28,164 nt of DNA from Parvularia atlantis. Lineage: Eukaryota. The translations under genes and the position numbers were made by a program. The stretch covers positions 62,001 to 90,164 of the forward strand of contig CALSCO010000975.1 in the NCBI GenBank assembly GCA_943704415.1, read 5' to 3'. The notes beneath the pieces are model-generated. The model was not told the origin of the DNA. It ran no database searches and saw nothing but the letters and a program-made list of their open reading frames with translations. Below are positions 10,901-22,000 of this stretch, in pieces. Position 1 is the first letter of the stretch, and each line of letters begins with the position of its first letter.

Positions 10901-13900
10901 GGCGCACAGCCACGCAGGTCGCGCACGCGCAAGCGCACCCGCCCAAGCCACTACCGTCCTTCTTCAGTGGCGACAGTCTGTGCCGCGCGTGAGCTGTGCA
11001 CCGGAGCATGTTGGCCGGCGACAAAACGCACGCAGACGACGTCGTCGTCTTCTTTGGCGTCGGCTGCAGCGCCGACCCGGACGGCAATGCAACCGACGAC
11101 CCGACCAAGAGCGGGGGCGCGCCACTGCCGGTCACGACGAGCTGGAAGCCCTGGGCCAGCCGCTGCGAGATGAGCTCGCGGAAGAGCTGCGCCCCGCTGT
11201 GAGCCGCGCACGGCGCAGGCGTGCCCACACGCACCAGGTCCGTCTTCTTGTACCAGACGCGGTCGTCCGACAGCGACACGGTGTACATCGACTCCTGCCC
11301 TCAGCCGGTTCAGCGATGCCTCACCCACGAGTGTGCGCGCGCACCTGGTACAGCGACTCGAGCTCGTCGCTCGGCGGAAAGTAGTCGGTCGTGAGCGGCA
11401 GGCACGCGGGCGTGCACAACTGGCGGGCCGCGCAGTCAGTAACGCCCAGAGACGGCCGCGCCCAGACGCACCGAGAACCACTTGATGCTGTGCAGCTCGA
11501 CGCCGCTCACGGTCGAGGCCGCCACGGGGAAGGCGTGGTACCAGCGGCGCCGGTACGACGACAGCCGGAGCGGGTTCTTGGACGGGTTGAACGGGTTGAT
11601 GGCCAGCTTGCGGTCCTTCTTGGTCTGTATCGGCCGCCGGTCAGCGAGGGTGCAACACGCGCGTGAGGCCTCACCTTGTACTTGATCACCGTGCGCCGCG
11701 TCGCAGCCAGATCTACGCCCCACGCCGTGATCGGCATTGGCGACGTGCCGTATGGGTTTGGCGGCGGCCTGCGCGCGGCCCAAGGCAGTCAGCCACTGCT
11801 GTCGCTCGCGCGCGCGCATCGAGCGGTCGCACCCGCCGCTGCCGTAGCGCGAGTACGACGACGACAGGACGAGCCCGTCGGCCGCCGTCGGCCCGTCGCC
11901 CGAGCGCTCGCGCGAGTGCCCACCCGGGATGGGGATGCCGTCGCGCTCGACCGTCTCGACCGAGGCCGCGTCGTCCTCGGGATCCGAGTCGCCCCTGCGA
12001 TGCGAGGCGCAGCGTGAGCACGACCCCGCATCGGGGCTGAGACGCGCACAGGCCGGCTGACGCGACGTGCAGCATGCGTCGGTCGCGCGTCGAGGCCCGC
12101 GGTGTCGACGGTGGCGTGCTGTTGATCTGCGGCGCGATGCCGAGCGGCGACGACGGTCGCGCCTGCCAGCCGAGCAAGCATGAGCAGAGCGAGGCTGCGA
12201 CCGCGACGCACCAACGCCGGCGCCGCTGACCCACGGCCCTTCGTAGGCGATGGCGGCCTCATTGTCGCATCAATGTCGTCCGGCGTTGCGTCGAAGGACG
12301 GCGTGCGGCGCAAGCGCGGGCCATTCTGGCGCCGCCCGGACGCGGCGGCCGGCGGCTGAACGACGGGCGCGACGGGCGCGACGGGCGGCGCGGTGCTGCC
12401 GGTCGCGGCGATGGTCGCGGCGATGCCCGCGATCGACTTACGCGACGCCAGTGACGTTGTGGAGCTGTTGCGTTGCAGGCGCGTCGGCGGCGGCGCGTCT
12501 GCCGGGTCCTCGGTCGGGCCGGCGAGGACGGCCTCGCGCGGCATCGACGGCGTGCTGCGCGACATCTTGTTCTTGAAGGCGGCCAACTGCTGCGACTGCT
12601 GCAGCGAGGCCGATGCCGCAGCTGCGCCCGCGCGCGCCTGTTAAGCGGCGCATGCACACTCCGGCCCGGCACACCGTTCGCAAACACGTTGCGGTCGTAC
12701 TCTTTCCAGTCGATCGCGTCGCGGTCGGTCCTGCGCGATGCGTGCGTCAGCCCAGTGCGTCGCGCTTTCGGCGACCGGGCGTACAGCGGCGGCAGGAAGA
12801 GGTCGCTCTTGCTCTGCTTCGGGTGCAGCTGAATGCCGCTGGCGTCGCACTGTGTCCCATCGTCACACACGCGCACGCGCATGCGCCCAGCACGCACCTC
12901 GACCAGGCCCATCTGCAGCGAGTACATCTTGCACGAGGGCACAAAGCGCGAGGGCCGGTACGGGCGCTCGGTGTCGGACGGCGTGCGGTTGTAGAACGAG
13001 ATGTCGATCCAGTGCGGGAGCGAGAAGTGGCTCTGAGGCACGGTGCCGTCGTCAAGCGATGGCGCCAGTGCGTGTGTGCGAGGGCGAGCGTGCCTTCTTG
13101 TCGTCGGCGTACGACTTGAACAGCGGCACGGTGTGCAGGGGCGGACGCGAGAGGCAGAGCACGTCGCAGCCGATGCCGTTGTCGATCATGCGGTGCTGGC
13201 GCGCAGCGGTGTGTGAGGCGCCGTCGTGAAGGCAACGCACGTGCGCGCGCGCCTTGGTCAGCTTGAGTAGGTCGTGGTCCACCTCAAAGAGGCCCGTGCC
13301 AGGCGTGATCACCAGTACCGACAGGCCCGTGCGCGACAGGTCGCGGTTGATGTACACGCGCTCAAACATGTTGAGCGCCAGGTTGGTCGCCTCGAGAAAG
13401 TTGCCCTCGCTCGCGGCAGAGTTGTCGCTCGCCTGCACGGCGCGGCCGTCGGGCCCTGCGGCGCGCGGCTCAAGCGACGGTGCTGCCAGCGGGGTCACGG
13501 CGGCGCACCTGTGATCCACGACTGCTCGAAGAGCTGCTGCTGGTAGCGCATGCACTCCTGCTTCAGCGAGTTGAGCACGGACGCGCACTCGGTGCGGCTC
13601 TCGTAGTCGGCGATGACCTTGTAAAAGTCCTGGAAGCACCGGCCGTGGATGTCTGCGCACAACGCGCGCTCCGCGTCAATCGTACGCAACGACGGCAGTA
13701 CATGCGCGCACCCCACGCAAGGCCGTCGGCCCACGTGCGCTCGCGCTGCGCCTGCTGCTGCTGCGCGAGCTGATGCTGCTGCTGTTCCAGGCGCGCCTGC
13801 AGCCCGCCGGTGCTGTACTTGGCCGGGCTGGGCGGCGACGGCGTGCGCGACCACCTGTGCGCGCCTCAGCCGCCGGCGCACGGGCCAGGTGCACAAAGCA

Positions 13901-14974
13901 CCGCACCACGACGGCTGCTCGAACGGGTAGTATAGCCGCGAGAACAGGATAACCGAGATGTCGTGGTTGGTGCCGAGCGCTGTCCACCGGTCAAACAGCT
14001 CCGGCAGGAAACCTGGCGCGGCGCGCTCAGACGGCGCACCCCGTCGCCCGGCCCGCCGCACCTTGCACGGCTTTCTCGATGTACAGCTCGCCGTCCTCGT
14101 CAAACTCCCACATCTCGCGGCTCATCTGCAGGAAGACATGGAACTTGGCCGACTCGGAGCGGAAGACGGTCTTGGTGTTCTCGGTCACGAGCCCGCACTC
14201 GACCTCCTTGCCGCCGATGTACAGGCGCTTGATCTGCGCGGGCGTGCGGCGCGTTTGCGCCGACGATAGGCAGCGCGAACGGACGCGAACGGACGCACGC
14301 ACCTGCGCGCGCATGCCTGCATGCGTGACCTTCTTTTCCACGTACACACCCGTGCCCACGAGCGTCTTCTCGAGCCGCCACATGTCGCTGCGCCCAAGGT
14401 ACTGCGCCCGGCGCTCAGGCCGCGCGGACGCACACGCCGGTCTCGGGGGCGCGCACCTGGTCCTTGAAGCTGACCTGCATAAAGTCGACGGCGACGGCCT
14501 CCGGCTCGACCTGCACCGGCGGCGTGTCACGGCGATGCGATGCCGCCCCAGCGCCTCGTGCAACGCACCGCCGCGACCCAGTACTCGCGCCGGTTCTGCA
14601 GGTTGAACAGGTCGGCGACGTATCTGCGCACGCAACGTGAGCGCGGGTGCCGCCCGCGACGACGCGGACAGCGCACTTGCTGACACTGATCTGCAGCTGC
14701 GCGTTCTTGGGCTTCGCACTCGAGACCTGCACGACGACGCGCGGCGTGGGGCCGCCGGGCTGCGGCGGCGCGGCCTTGTCGCATCTGCGCGGCGCATCGC
14801 ATCGGCGTGCGCGCCCGCACACATACTCCCGCGGCATCGCGCGCACGGCTGCAGCGACAGCAGCTGGCCCGCCGCGACGTGCGGGAACACGTCCAGGTTG
14901 ACGACCACGTCCTCCGCGTACAGCTGCGCGTCGTGCACCCACACGACCGCGGCGCGCGGCGCAGGCGCCGCCAT
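7903..14974 (-). CDS. DEPDC5: GATOR1 subunit DEPDC5/Iml1 (many exons)
   Basis: [117 protein letters not shown], a DEP domain ([31 protein letters not shown]) and C-terminal [21 protein letters not shown]. Confidence 0.96.
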
Positions 14975-15005
14975 CACGGCCGTCTGTCACACTTTCACAA
15001 CAGCA

Positions 15006-15442
15006 ATGGCGACCGTGCGTCACGTGACGCTGGCTTGCGCTCAGCACAACTCACGGCGGCGGCAGGACGGGGCGTTCGGGTACCTGCACCGCGACGCGCG
15101 CCTGGTCGCGATCGTCGACGACGAGTGGCGACGCGATCGGCTCGCCGACGACGGTCTGCGCCGTGCCCGGTCCGTGCACACGCGCTCATCGCGCCCGCGC
15201 AGACATCGTCTCCGCCAAGGCCGCCGACCTGCAGGACAGCAACCAGGACGGTGCGATACGCGCGTGGCTGCCCCGTGCGCGGCCACTGAGCGCCGCCCGC
15301 TGCTCGCCCTGCGCACACAGAGCTTGTCAACGCCAAGCCGAAGCCGATTGACCCGCTTGAGAAGTGGGCGGACCTCGACCTCGGCACGCTCGGCGTACCA
15401 GCGGCCACCGGCGCACCCGGCGGCGGCGGTGCATCGTCGTGA
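15006..15442 (+). CDS. ANAPC13: APC/C subunit 13 (88 aa; exons 15006-15014, 15066-15153, 15203-15250, 15321-15442)
   Basis: Spliced product MATDGAFGYLHRDARLVAIVDDEWRRDRLADDDIV...LEKWADLDL resembles APC13 RDGRILDLIDDAWREDKLP.ED and KWTDLAL. Three GT-AG introns give an open 267-nt CDS. Confidence 0.88.
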
Positions 15443-15480
15443 CGTGTACATGTACACAGTGACTGAGTGCAGAAATCGAT

Positions 15481-16662
15481 TCATACGGCCATCGCCGAGT
15501 CGCTGTGCGACGGCGTGAGTGCGGGCGGCGTGTGCAGCTGCTGCCGACACCACGTCACAAAGTCGTCCAGCAGCACGGGCCCTAGCGCGCGCGCGCGCGC
15601 ACGAGTGCGTCAGGCCGCGGCGCACCGGCACGCCGCCAAGACGCACATGCGCTCAGCTCGTCGTAGTTGGAATAGTCCGGCTTGATCTGCAGGCAAAAGT
15701 CGATAAAGTTAGCCCACTGGTCGCGGTTGACGGCGCGAAGGCGCGGCTGGTGCCGCGTGATAAAGTCGACGAAGCGCCCCGTGTGCGGCGAGCGCGCGCC
15801 GGGCACGAGCAGCAGCATCGCCGCGGCCGTCTGCACGGCACACGCATCAACACGCGCACGCTCGTCCACCGCACGCCGCTCCCTGCACCGGCACGTCGAC
15901 GCTGCGCTGGTCCGGATCGCGCGCGTAGTCAAAGGCGTAGCGATAGATCTCGCGCAGCGTCGCCTCCTCGTCCAGGAACCGGCGCAGCTGCGGCAAGCTG
16001 AGTCTGAGCACGTCGATCGAGTCGGCACTGCCGCACGCATCATCTCAGCCACGCGGGCCGCGGCGGGGCGGGCGGCCTGGCAGGCGCACCGCAGCTTGTG
16101 CATGCCCGCGAGCCACTCCTGCCACGCAAAGTAGCCCATGCGCTTGGCGCCCATCAGCCACGCGAGCACTAGCACGAGCACCTGCGCCGCCCGCGTCAGC
16201 ACGTCGCACACCGGCCGACACGCGCGTCGGCGCACGTCGGACGGTTCGACGTCGAGCTCGCGGCACAGGCGCTCGACGCCGTCCGGCCCAATCACGTCAG
16301 TCCCGCCTGACCGCCGCGCGCACGTGAGCGTCGCGGCCGGGGCGAGAGAGTATGCACGCGGGGCCGCACTCGAGTACGCATGGAACCACGACAGGCACAG
16401 CATCGGCGAGAAGCCCTGGTGCGCCTGCGCGCGCGTGCGTCGCGCACTGCTCAGCCGTTCAGCGCTGCGACCGCGACTGCACCGCACATCGTTCTCGCTG
16501 CGCACGCACGGGCGCATCATCAGCCACCGCCAGCCGCAATGAGCGTGCGCCGCACACGCACCTCGGCGGCGTCCACAGCCGGCGCGGCCGCTTGGCGTCG
16601 GCCGGGGCGAGTGCGAGACCGGCGACGTCCGTGACACGCTTCTTCACCGATGATCGCGGCAT
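15481..16662 (-). CDS. DCN1: DCN1-like cullin neddylation factor (DCUN1D4/5-like, basic N-terminus, no UBA evident)
   Basis: IGPDGVERLCRELDVEPSD|VLVLVLAWLMGAKRMGYF..EWLAGM, IYRYAFDYAR, VNRDQWANFIDF..IKPDYSNYDELSA|WPVLLDDFV (PONY domain). Confidence 0.93.
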
Positions 16663-16688
16663 TTCCAATGTGGCCGTGCCCTGAATGA

Positions 16689-17337
16689 ATGATGACGGCA
16701 ACGGTCATCCCACGGCCGCCCAAGGGCCGAGGCGGACGGGCCTCTCCGGCAGCAGCGGCCTCTCCAGCAGCAGCAGCAGCAGCAGCAGCAGTGCCAAACA
16801 GTCCGGACGCAGGAGGCGGGTCGCCGACGTCGCGCGGCCGCGGCAGGTCGGCGCGGACGTCGTCGTTGATGGCGGGGCGCGGTCGGGGCGCACCCGTGCT
16901 GTCGCCGGCGGAGAGCGTGTACCGCCGGCCCGAGCGGCTGCCGTCGTCATCGAGCGAGGCGGGCGTGACCGTGGCGAGCGTGTCTGAAGCGGCGCCGATT
17001 AAGGCCGCGGCCGCACAGACCGAGGACGCCAAGGATGGCGACGGCGACGGTGCGGATGCGAGCGAGCCGTCGAGCCAGCCGATGTCGCGGCTGCCGTCCG
17101 AGTCGACCCTCTCGCGCGCGTCGTCTAGCTCGTCTGACTGGGGCCGACCGCTGGCGATCGAGGATGGCACTGCGCGGTACACGGACGAGTGGGACCGGCC
17201 CGAGTCGCCCGGAGGCGGATCCGACGACGCCGAGCATGCCGAGCACGCCGAGCGCAGCGAGCAGGCCAAGCATACTGAGCCACAGCCACCGCCAGAGAAG
17301 ACGTCGCCGCCCCGGCTCGCGCCCTCGGAGCGGCAGC

Positions 17338-17430
<93 letters not shown>

Positions 17431-18473
17431 GCAACAAGCAGCGTGGGCTGCTGCCAAGTGCGCTTCGTGGTATCAGCGAGCTTGACCAGCGCTGACAGCG
17501 GCGCGCGCAGTGCCGCTGTCGTCGCCGGTGCGCGTGAGCTTCATGCCTGGGCCTGTAGCAGCACTGTCGGGTCGCGCCCAGCCGCATCCGCCCGTGACGG
17601 CACCCGTATCCGCCCCCGTGCCAGCGCTTCATCCGGACGTGCTCATCGTGCTGCCGAGCGAGTGGTTACGCCTTTGCTGAGCCGCACGCGTGACGCGCGC
17701 ACTGAGTCGAGGCCCGCCGCAGGGTCGTATACCTCGACAAGCGCACATATACGCGGCACACGCGCGACATCGGCAAGCAGAACTACGAGAGCGGCGTGCA
17801 GCGCATCGCGACGATCCGGACGGTGCGTGCGGCGTGCATCACCTGGCCTGACTGCTCTTGCTGCAGATCGGCGACTTCTGGGGCGTGTTCAACAACATCA
17901 AGAGGCCGTATCAGTTCCCGCTCGGCGTCACCATCAAGCTGTTCCGCGACGGCATCCGGCCGATGTGGGAGGACCCGGCCAACCTGGACGTGCGTTGCCG
18001 GCGCGCGCGCTGCCTGGCCGACCTCACGGCGCGGCGCAGGGCGGGACGTTCATCATCTCCGTGACCCAGAACGACGTCGGGTACCACCGCTGGTTCCTTC
18101 TAGTGCGCCGTGCATCGCGCCGCCCGCTGCCTCTGACGTGCGCGATCGCCCGCAGGTTCTCGAGGTCGTCTCGGGCGTCCTCGACGGCAACGAGGTCAAC
18201 GGGCTCGGTGCGTGCTGTCGCGCGTTGTTGTATGTCACGGACCGCTGACGTCTGCGGGCGAGCAAGAGTACAAGCGCCGCGAGCACGATGACCGCGTGCT
18301 CGTATGGAACCGGCACGCGCACCAACACGACGGCAAGCACGTGCTCAAGTGCGCTGCGGCCGCATTGCGCCGGCGCCTGCTGACAGCTTCGCACGCGCAG
18401 CGAACGCCTTGCAAAGCTCTTTGCCCAAAAGCCGCGCTACGACGTCAACAAGGACAGCATAGCCCGGTCGTAG
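16689..18473 (+). CDS. eIF4E-family cap-binding protein with long disordered N-terminal extension and polyQ (start codon uncertain)
   Basis: LPSEW|VVYLDK..QNYESGVQRIATIRT|IGDFWGVFNNIKRP..LFRDGIRPMWEDPANLD|GGTF..RW..EVNGLEYKRREHDDRVLVWN is an eIF4E core. Stop TAG at 18471-18473. Confidence 0.9.
17340..17429 (+). repeat. (CAG)30 coding repeat (polyglutamine)
   Basis: Uninterrupted CAG run in frame within ORF 16689-17495. Confidence 0.97.
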
Positions 18474-18506
18474 CCAATTTTTTTTGTACGCGCTCCATTT
18501 GGCAGG

Positions 18507-19429
18507 CTAGGACGACGCAGAGGGATCATCGGTGGCCGCCGCTGCTTCTGTGCGTGGCCTCTTGCTCGGGCTGCTGTCGGCGGACGTCGTCTGCTGCAGC
18601 AGCTGCTGCTGTACGGCCTCGGCCTGCGGCAGGTCTCGGTGAACAGGGCCGCGCTGCAGCGCACAGCCACCCGCGCACCCGCAGGAGCATCTTAGTGCGC
18701 ACGTCGCGCAGCTGCAGCTTGAGCTGGCGCAGCTCGGCGCGGCGCTCCTCCAGCTGGACGGCGGCGGTGGCCTGCGCGACGTCCGCTCAGCTCAAGCGGG
18801 CCGGCCGAGGCGCGCGCGTGCCTGCAGCGTCGGCTTGGGCAGCTCGACCGCCTCCCACACGTCGCGCGGGACCTCAAACTGCGCGCGGTTCTCCTCGATG
18901 CGCCGGCGGATCTCGTCGCGCTGCAGCTTGTCTGCGGCCGTAGCTCACTCAGCACGCGACGCGCGCACACACACAGCCGGGCGCGCGCGCACACACCGCC
19001 CATGTTGACGATGACTCCGCCCTTGCGACGCACGTCGGGGCCTTGGCGCGTGCTGTTGCGCTGCCCGACGGCGGTCACGTCGAGGTGCAGGCCCGCGAAC
19101 TCTGCGAAAGGCGCGATTGGGCGGAGCCGTGCGCGCGCGTGCTGTGTGCGCGCTCGCACCGGCCGTCGACTGCTGCCCGAGCATGCGCTGCGTCTGGATG
19201 TTGAGCTGCACCGTCGTCTTGCCCGGGAGGCACCCACTCTCGACGATGGCCATCCAGTTGCCGACGCCGAACTTCATCAGGGCCTTGCGCAGGATCTCAG
19301 ACTCGTCGTCGGTCCATCCTGGCGCACGCACGCACGTGAGCACGTCTTCACGAGGCATCCGGGCAGCGCACCTGGCGACAGCGTGTAGTTCCAGAGCGAG
19401 GCGCTGTCGTTGGTCGCGACGAGCGACAT
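18507..19429 (-). CDS. p1-like (Myb/homeobox-like HTH) subunit of the MTA1c/AMT1 DNA N6-adenine methyltransferase complex (6 exons)
   Basis: MSLVATNDSASLWNYTLSP|GWTDDESEILRKALMKFGVGNWMAIVESGCLPGKTTVQLNIQTQRMLGQQSTA|EFAGLHLD..RKGGVIVNMG|DKLQRDEIRRRIEENR closely follows ciliate p1 as recalled (SLWNYTLSPGW, FGIGKW, ESGCLPGK, QTQRLLGQQS, F.GL, RRIEQNR). Confidence 0.88.
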
Positions 19430-19481
19430 GTCTAGATGGATGCGCACCAGCTGCCCTTCAGAGTGCACCGGGACGTACGCG

Positions 19482-20360
19482 ATGTGGCGAGCATCGAGCG
19501 TGCGTGTCACCATCCTCGCGCGACGCGATCGCGGCGCTCACTCGGCTCCGGCAGCGAGCGCTGCAGCTGCACGCCGACGCCGCCGCGCTGCTGCGCACGC
19601 CCGGGCGCGCCAGCCGCCTGCGCGCCGCCGCGCTACTTGAGCAGGCCGCCGCGCTCGGCCACCGCGACGCGATGTACGACCTTGGCCTGATGTACGCCGA
19701 TGAGCAGCTGCCGGACGACGAGCAGCACATGCGGTGCGCGCGCTCGCGCACAGAGGCGGGGGCGGCGGCGTAACTCAGGTGCGGATCATGCGCAGCGCCA
19801 AGCGCATGCTGCAGGCGGCCGCGGCCGGCGGGCACCCGCTCGCGCAGTTCCGCATGGCGCTCGAGCACCGCCGCGGCAAGCTGCACGGCTTCGGGACCGA
19901 CCTCAGTCTGAGCGTACGGTACCTGCAGATGGCCGCGCAGCAGGTCCGTGGTCACATGCACAACGTGCAAGGCGTGCTGACGAGCGCGCAGGACCACCCG
20001 GAGGCGCTGTTCTACCTCGGGCTGCACTACCACGCAGGCAGCGTCGTGCCGCTCGACCTCGCGCACGCCTACGGTCTCTTTGCGCGCGCTGCCGAAGCCG
20101 GCCACGTCCCGTCCATGTGCGCCGCCGCAGCACTGCTCGTCAAGGGTGCGCGCCGCTTGCGACGGGTGAGTTGCGAGCCCACACGCGGCGCAACAGGGCA
20201 CCAGGACGGCAGCACGTTTGTCAGGACAGCCGAGAACGACGCACTCGAGCGGGCGCGCGCGTGGCTGAGGGCCGCGGCAGCGCGCGAGGAGAGCCAGGAC
20301 CTGGCGGTGACGTGGCTGCGCTACCTCGACCTGCTCGAGCAGACGCACAACGTGCGATGA
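19482..20360 (+). CDS. Sel1-like repeat protein (start uncertain: ATG 19436, 19440 or 19482)
   Basis: Repeats LEQAAALGHRDAMYDLGLMY, LQAAAAGGHPLAQFRMA, YLQMAAQQ|DHPEALFYLGLHYHAG..VPLDLAHAYGLFARAAEAGH, ARAWLRAAAA. Confidence 0.85.
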
Positions 20361-20418
20361 ATAGCGCTCATGCCTTCGTGTTGCCCAGCTTTGCCTACAA
20401 CAACGGTCTTTACCACTG

Positions 20419-21963
20419 TCACGAGCTCTTGATGTGCCCGGTGGACGCGTCCTGCGACGGCGATGCCGAGATCGGCTCGGACGCGAGAGCGCTGGTGGAC
20501 GCCTCGGGCTGCGGCGGCACGGACGTCGAAAACTTCATCATCTCGGCGAACTCGCCGCGCGCGAGCGCCACGAGCACGACCGAGAGCGAGCACGCCGGGC
20601 TGAGGTAGAGCAGCGCAGGCTGGCGCACGGCGTCCGTTAGGCCGTGCCGCGGCGTGCCGGCGCGCACACGCGCCGCACCTGCGCCGCCTGGAAAACGTGC
20701 ATGACCGTCACCGTCGCGATCAGCCCGAGCACGTACGCGATGAAGCACGCGGTGAAGTACGGCTTCGAGTAGCTCGCCTTGCCCTTGCTGCGGCTCTCGT
20801 CGAAGCACAGCGCGAGTGCGATAAACAGGCCTGCGACGCGTGGCGTCAGCACGGCCAGGCGCGCACGCACGCGAGGCGACGCACCGGGCACGACAATGTC
20901 GCCCAGGCCGAGCATCGTGAACTTGTACTCGTCCGCATACAGATCGCGCGGGAAGAGCACCTTGATGGGCGCGTCGAACGACGTGGCGACGGTGACCATG
21001 ACCTGACGCGCGGCCCGCTCGCGTCAGCCGCGCCCGTCGACGCGCATCGCGGACGCGCGCGCGGGCGGGACGCGCCTCGGTGCCGAATACCCAGAAGATG
21101 TCGTAGAGGAAGAGGCCGCCGAGGAGGATAAAGCCTGTCTGGAAGCGGTCGAGCAGCATCACCTGCGGGCGCAGCGTCAATCGTTCGCGCAACGCACGTA
21201 CGCGCACACGGGCGAGGCCACGCGCCTGCATGGCCGAGTAGGCCAGGCACAGGCCGAACAGGTTGTTGGCGATCCAGTCCTTCGTCAGCTCGTAGTACAC
21301 GGCGAACGCGCAGCCGACGACGAACGTGAGCACGTGCAGCTGGTCAAACTTGAGGTCGGCGACGACTGGGCGCGCGGGGCGTCAGCGCGCGTGCGGCCGG
21401 CCTGGTGAACGCGACGCACGCTTCTTGCCCTGCGAGAGCACGGCCGTGTACGGCTCGCCGACGTACTTGCCCAGGAACGGCATTACGGCCAGCACGGCGT
21501 CGTGCAGCAGGCCACCGAGCACGGATGCGCCCGAGAAGGCGATGAGGCCTGCGCGCGTGAGCGAGGCGCGGCCAGGCGGTGAGGCGACGTGCGCCCGCGT
21601 GGCGCGCGCGCGCACCCGACAGCACGAGCTGGAAGTAGTACTTGGGCACGTAGCGGAAGAGCAAGTAGAGCGACAGCAGCACGGCCGAGCCCATGAACGG
21701 GAAGCGTTTGGCGTCCTCGGCCGAGATGTGCTCGATCTGCGCGTCCTCCTTGCCGCTCTTGACCTGGCAGTGACGCGTGCGCGCGCGCCGTGTGTGAGCC
21801 GGCGGCGCCTCCGACGGCGTGTGTCCCGCGCAGCACGCACATCACCCAGCGTCCGCACGGCCGCGTGCGCGCCAAAGTAGATGGGCACGACGGCCATCAC
21901 CCCGAGCGCCCCGAACGCGAGGAACAGGCGCGTCTCGGCGTCGGTGAGCGCGGTGACGTCCAT
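20419..21963 (-). CDS. SPP: Signal peptide peptidase (HM13/SPP, A22B aspartyl intramembrane protease)
   Basis: Catalytic motifs LFLYDIFWVFGT, LGLGDIVVPG and QPALLYL, plus DAKRFPFMGSAVLLSLYL and WIANNLFG. Several hydrophobic segments. Confidence 0.96.
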
Positions 21964-22000
21964 CCACGTGGCCGGTGCTGACTGGCGGCTGCGGAAAAAA

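Noticed and set aside
7903..14974. Apparent frameshifts and stops suggesting pseudogenes or a reassigned genetic code
   Set aside because: The breaks examined coincide with GT/GC-AG introns carrying branch motifs. Genes end at ordinary TGA or TAG, and Trp is encoded by TGG.
16520..17632. Poly-Cys ORF on the - strand (also poly-Ser and poly-Ala frames)
   Set aside because: Alternative readings of the (CAG)30 tract. The polyQ frame is the one that splices into the eIF4E core.
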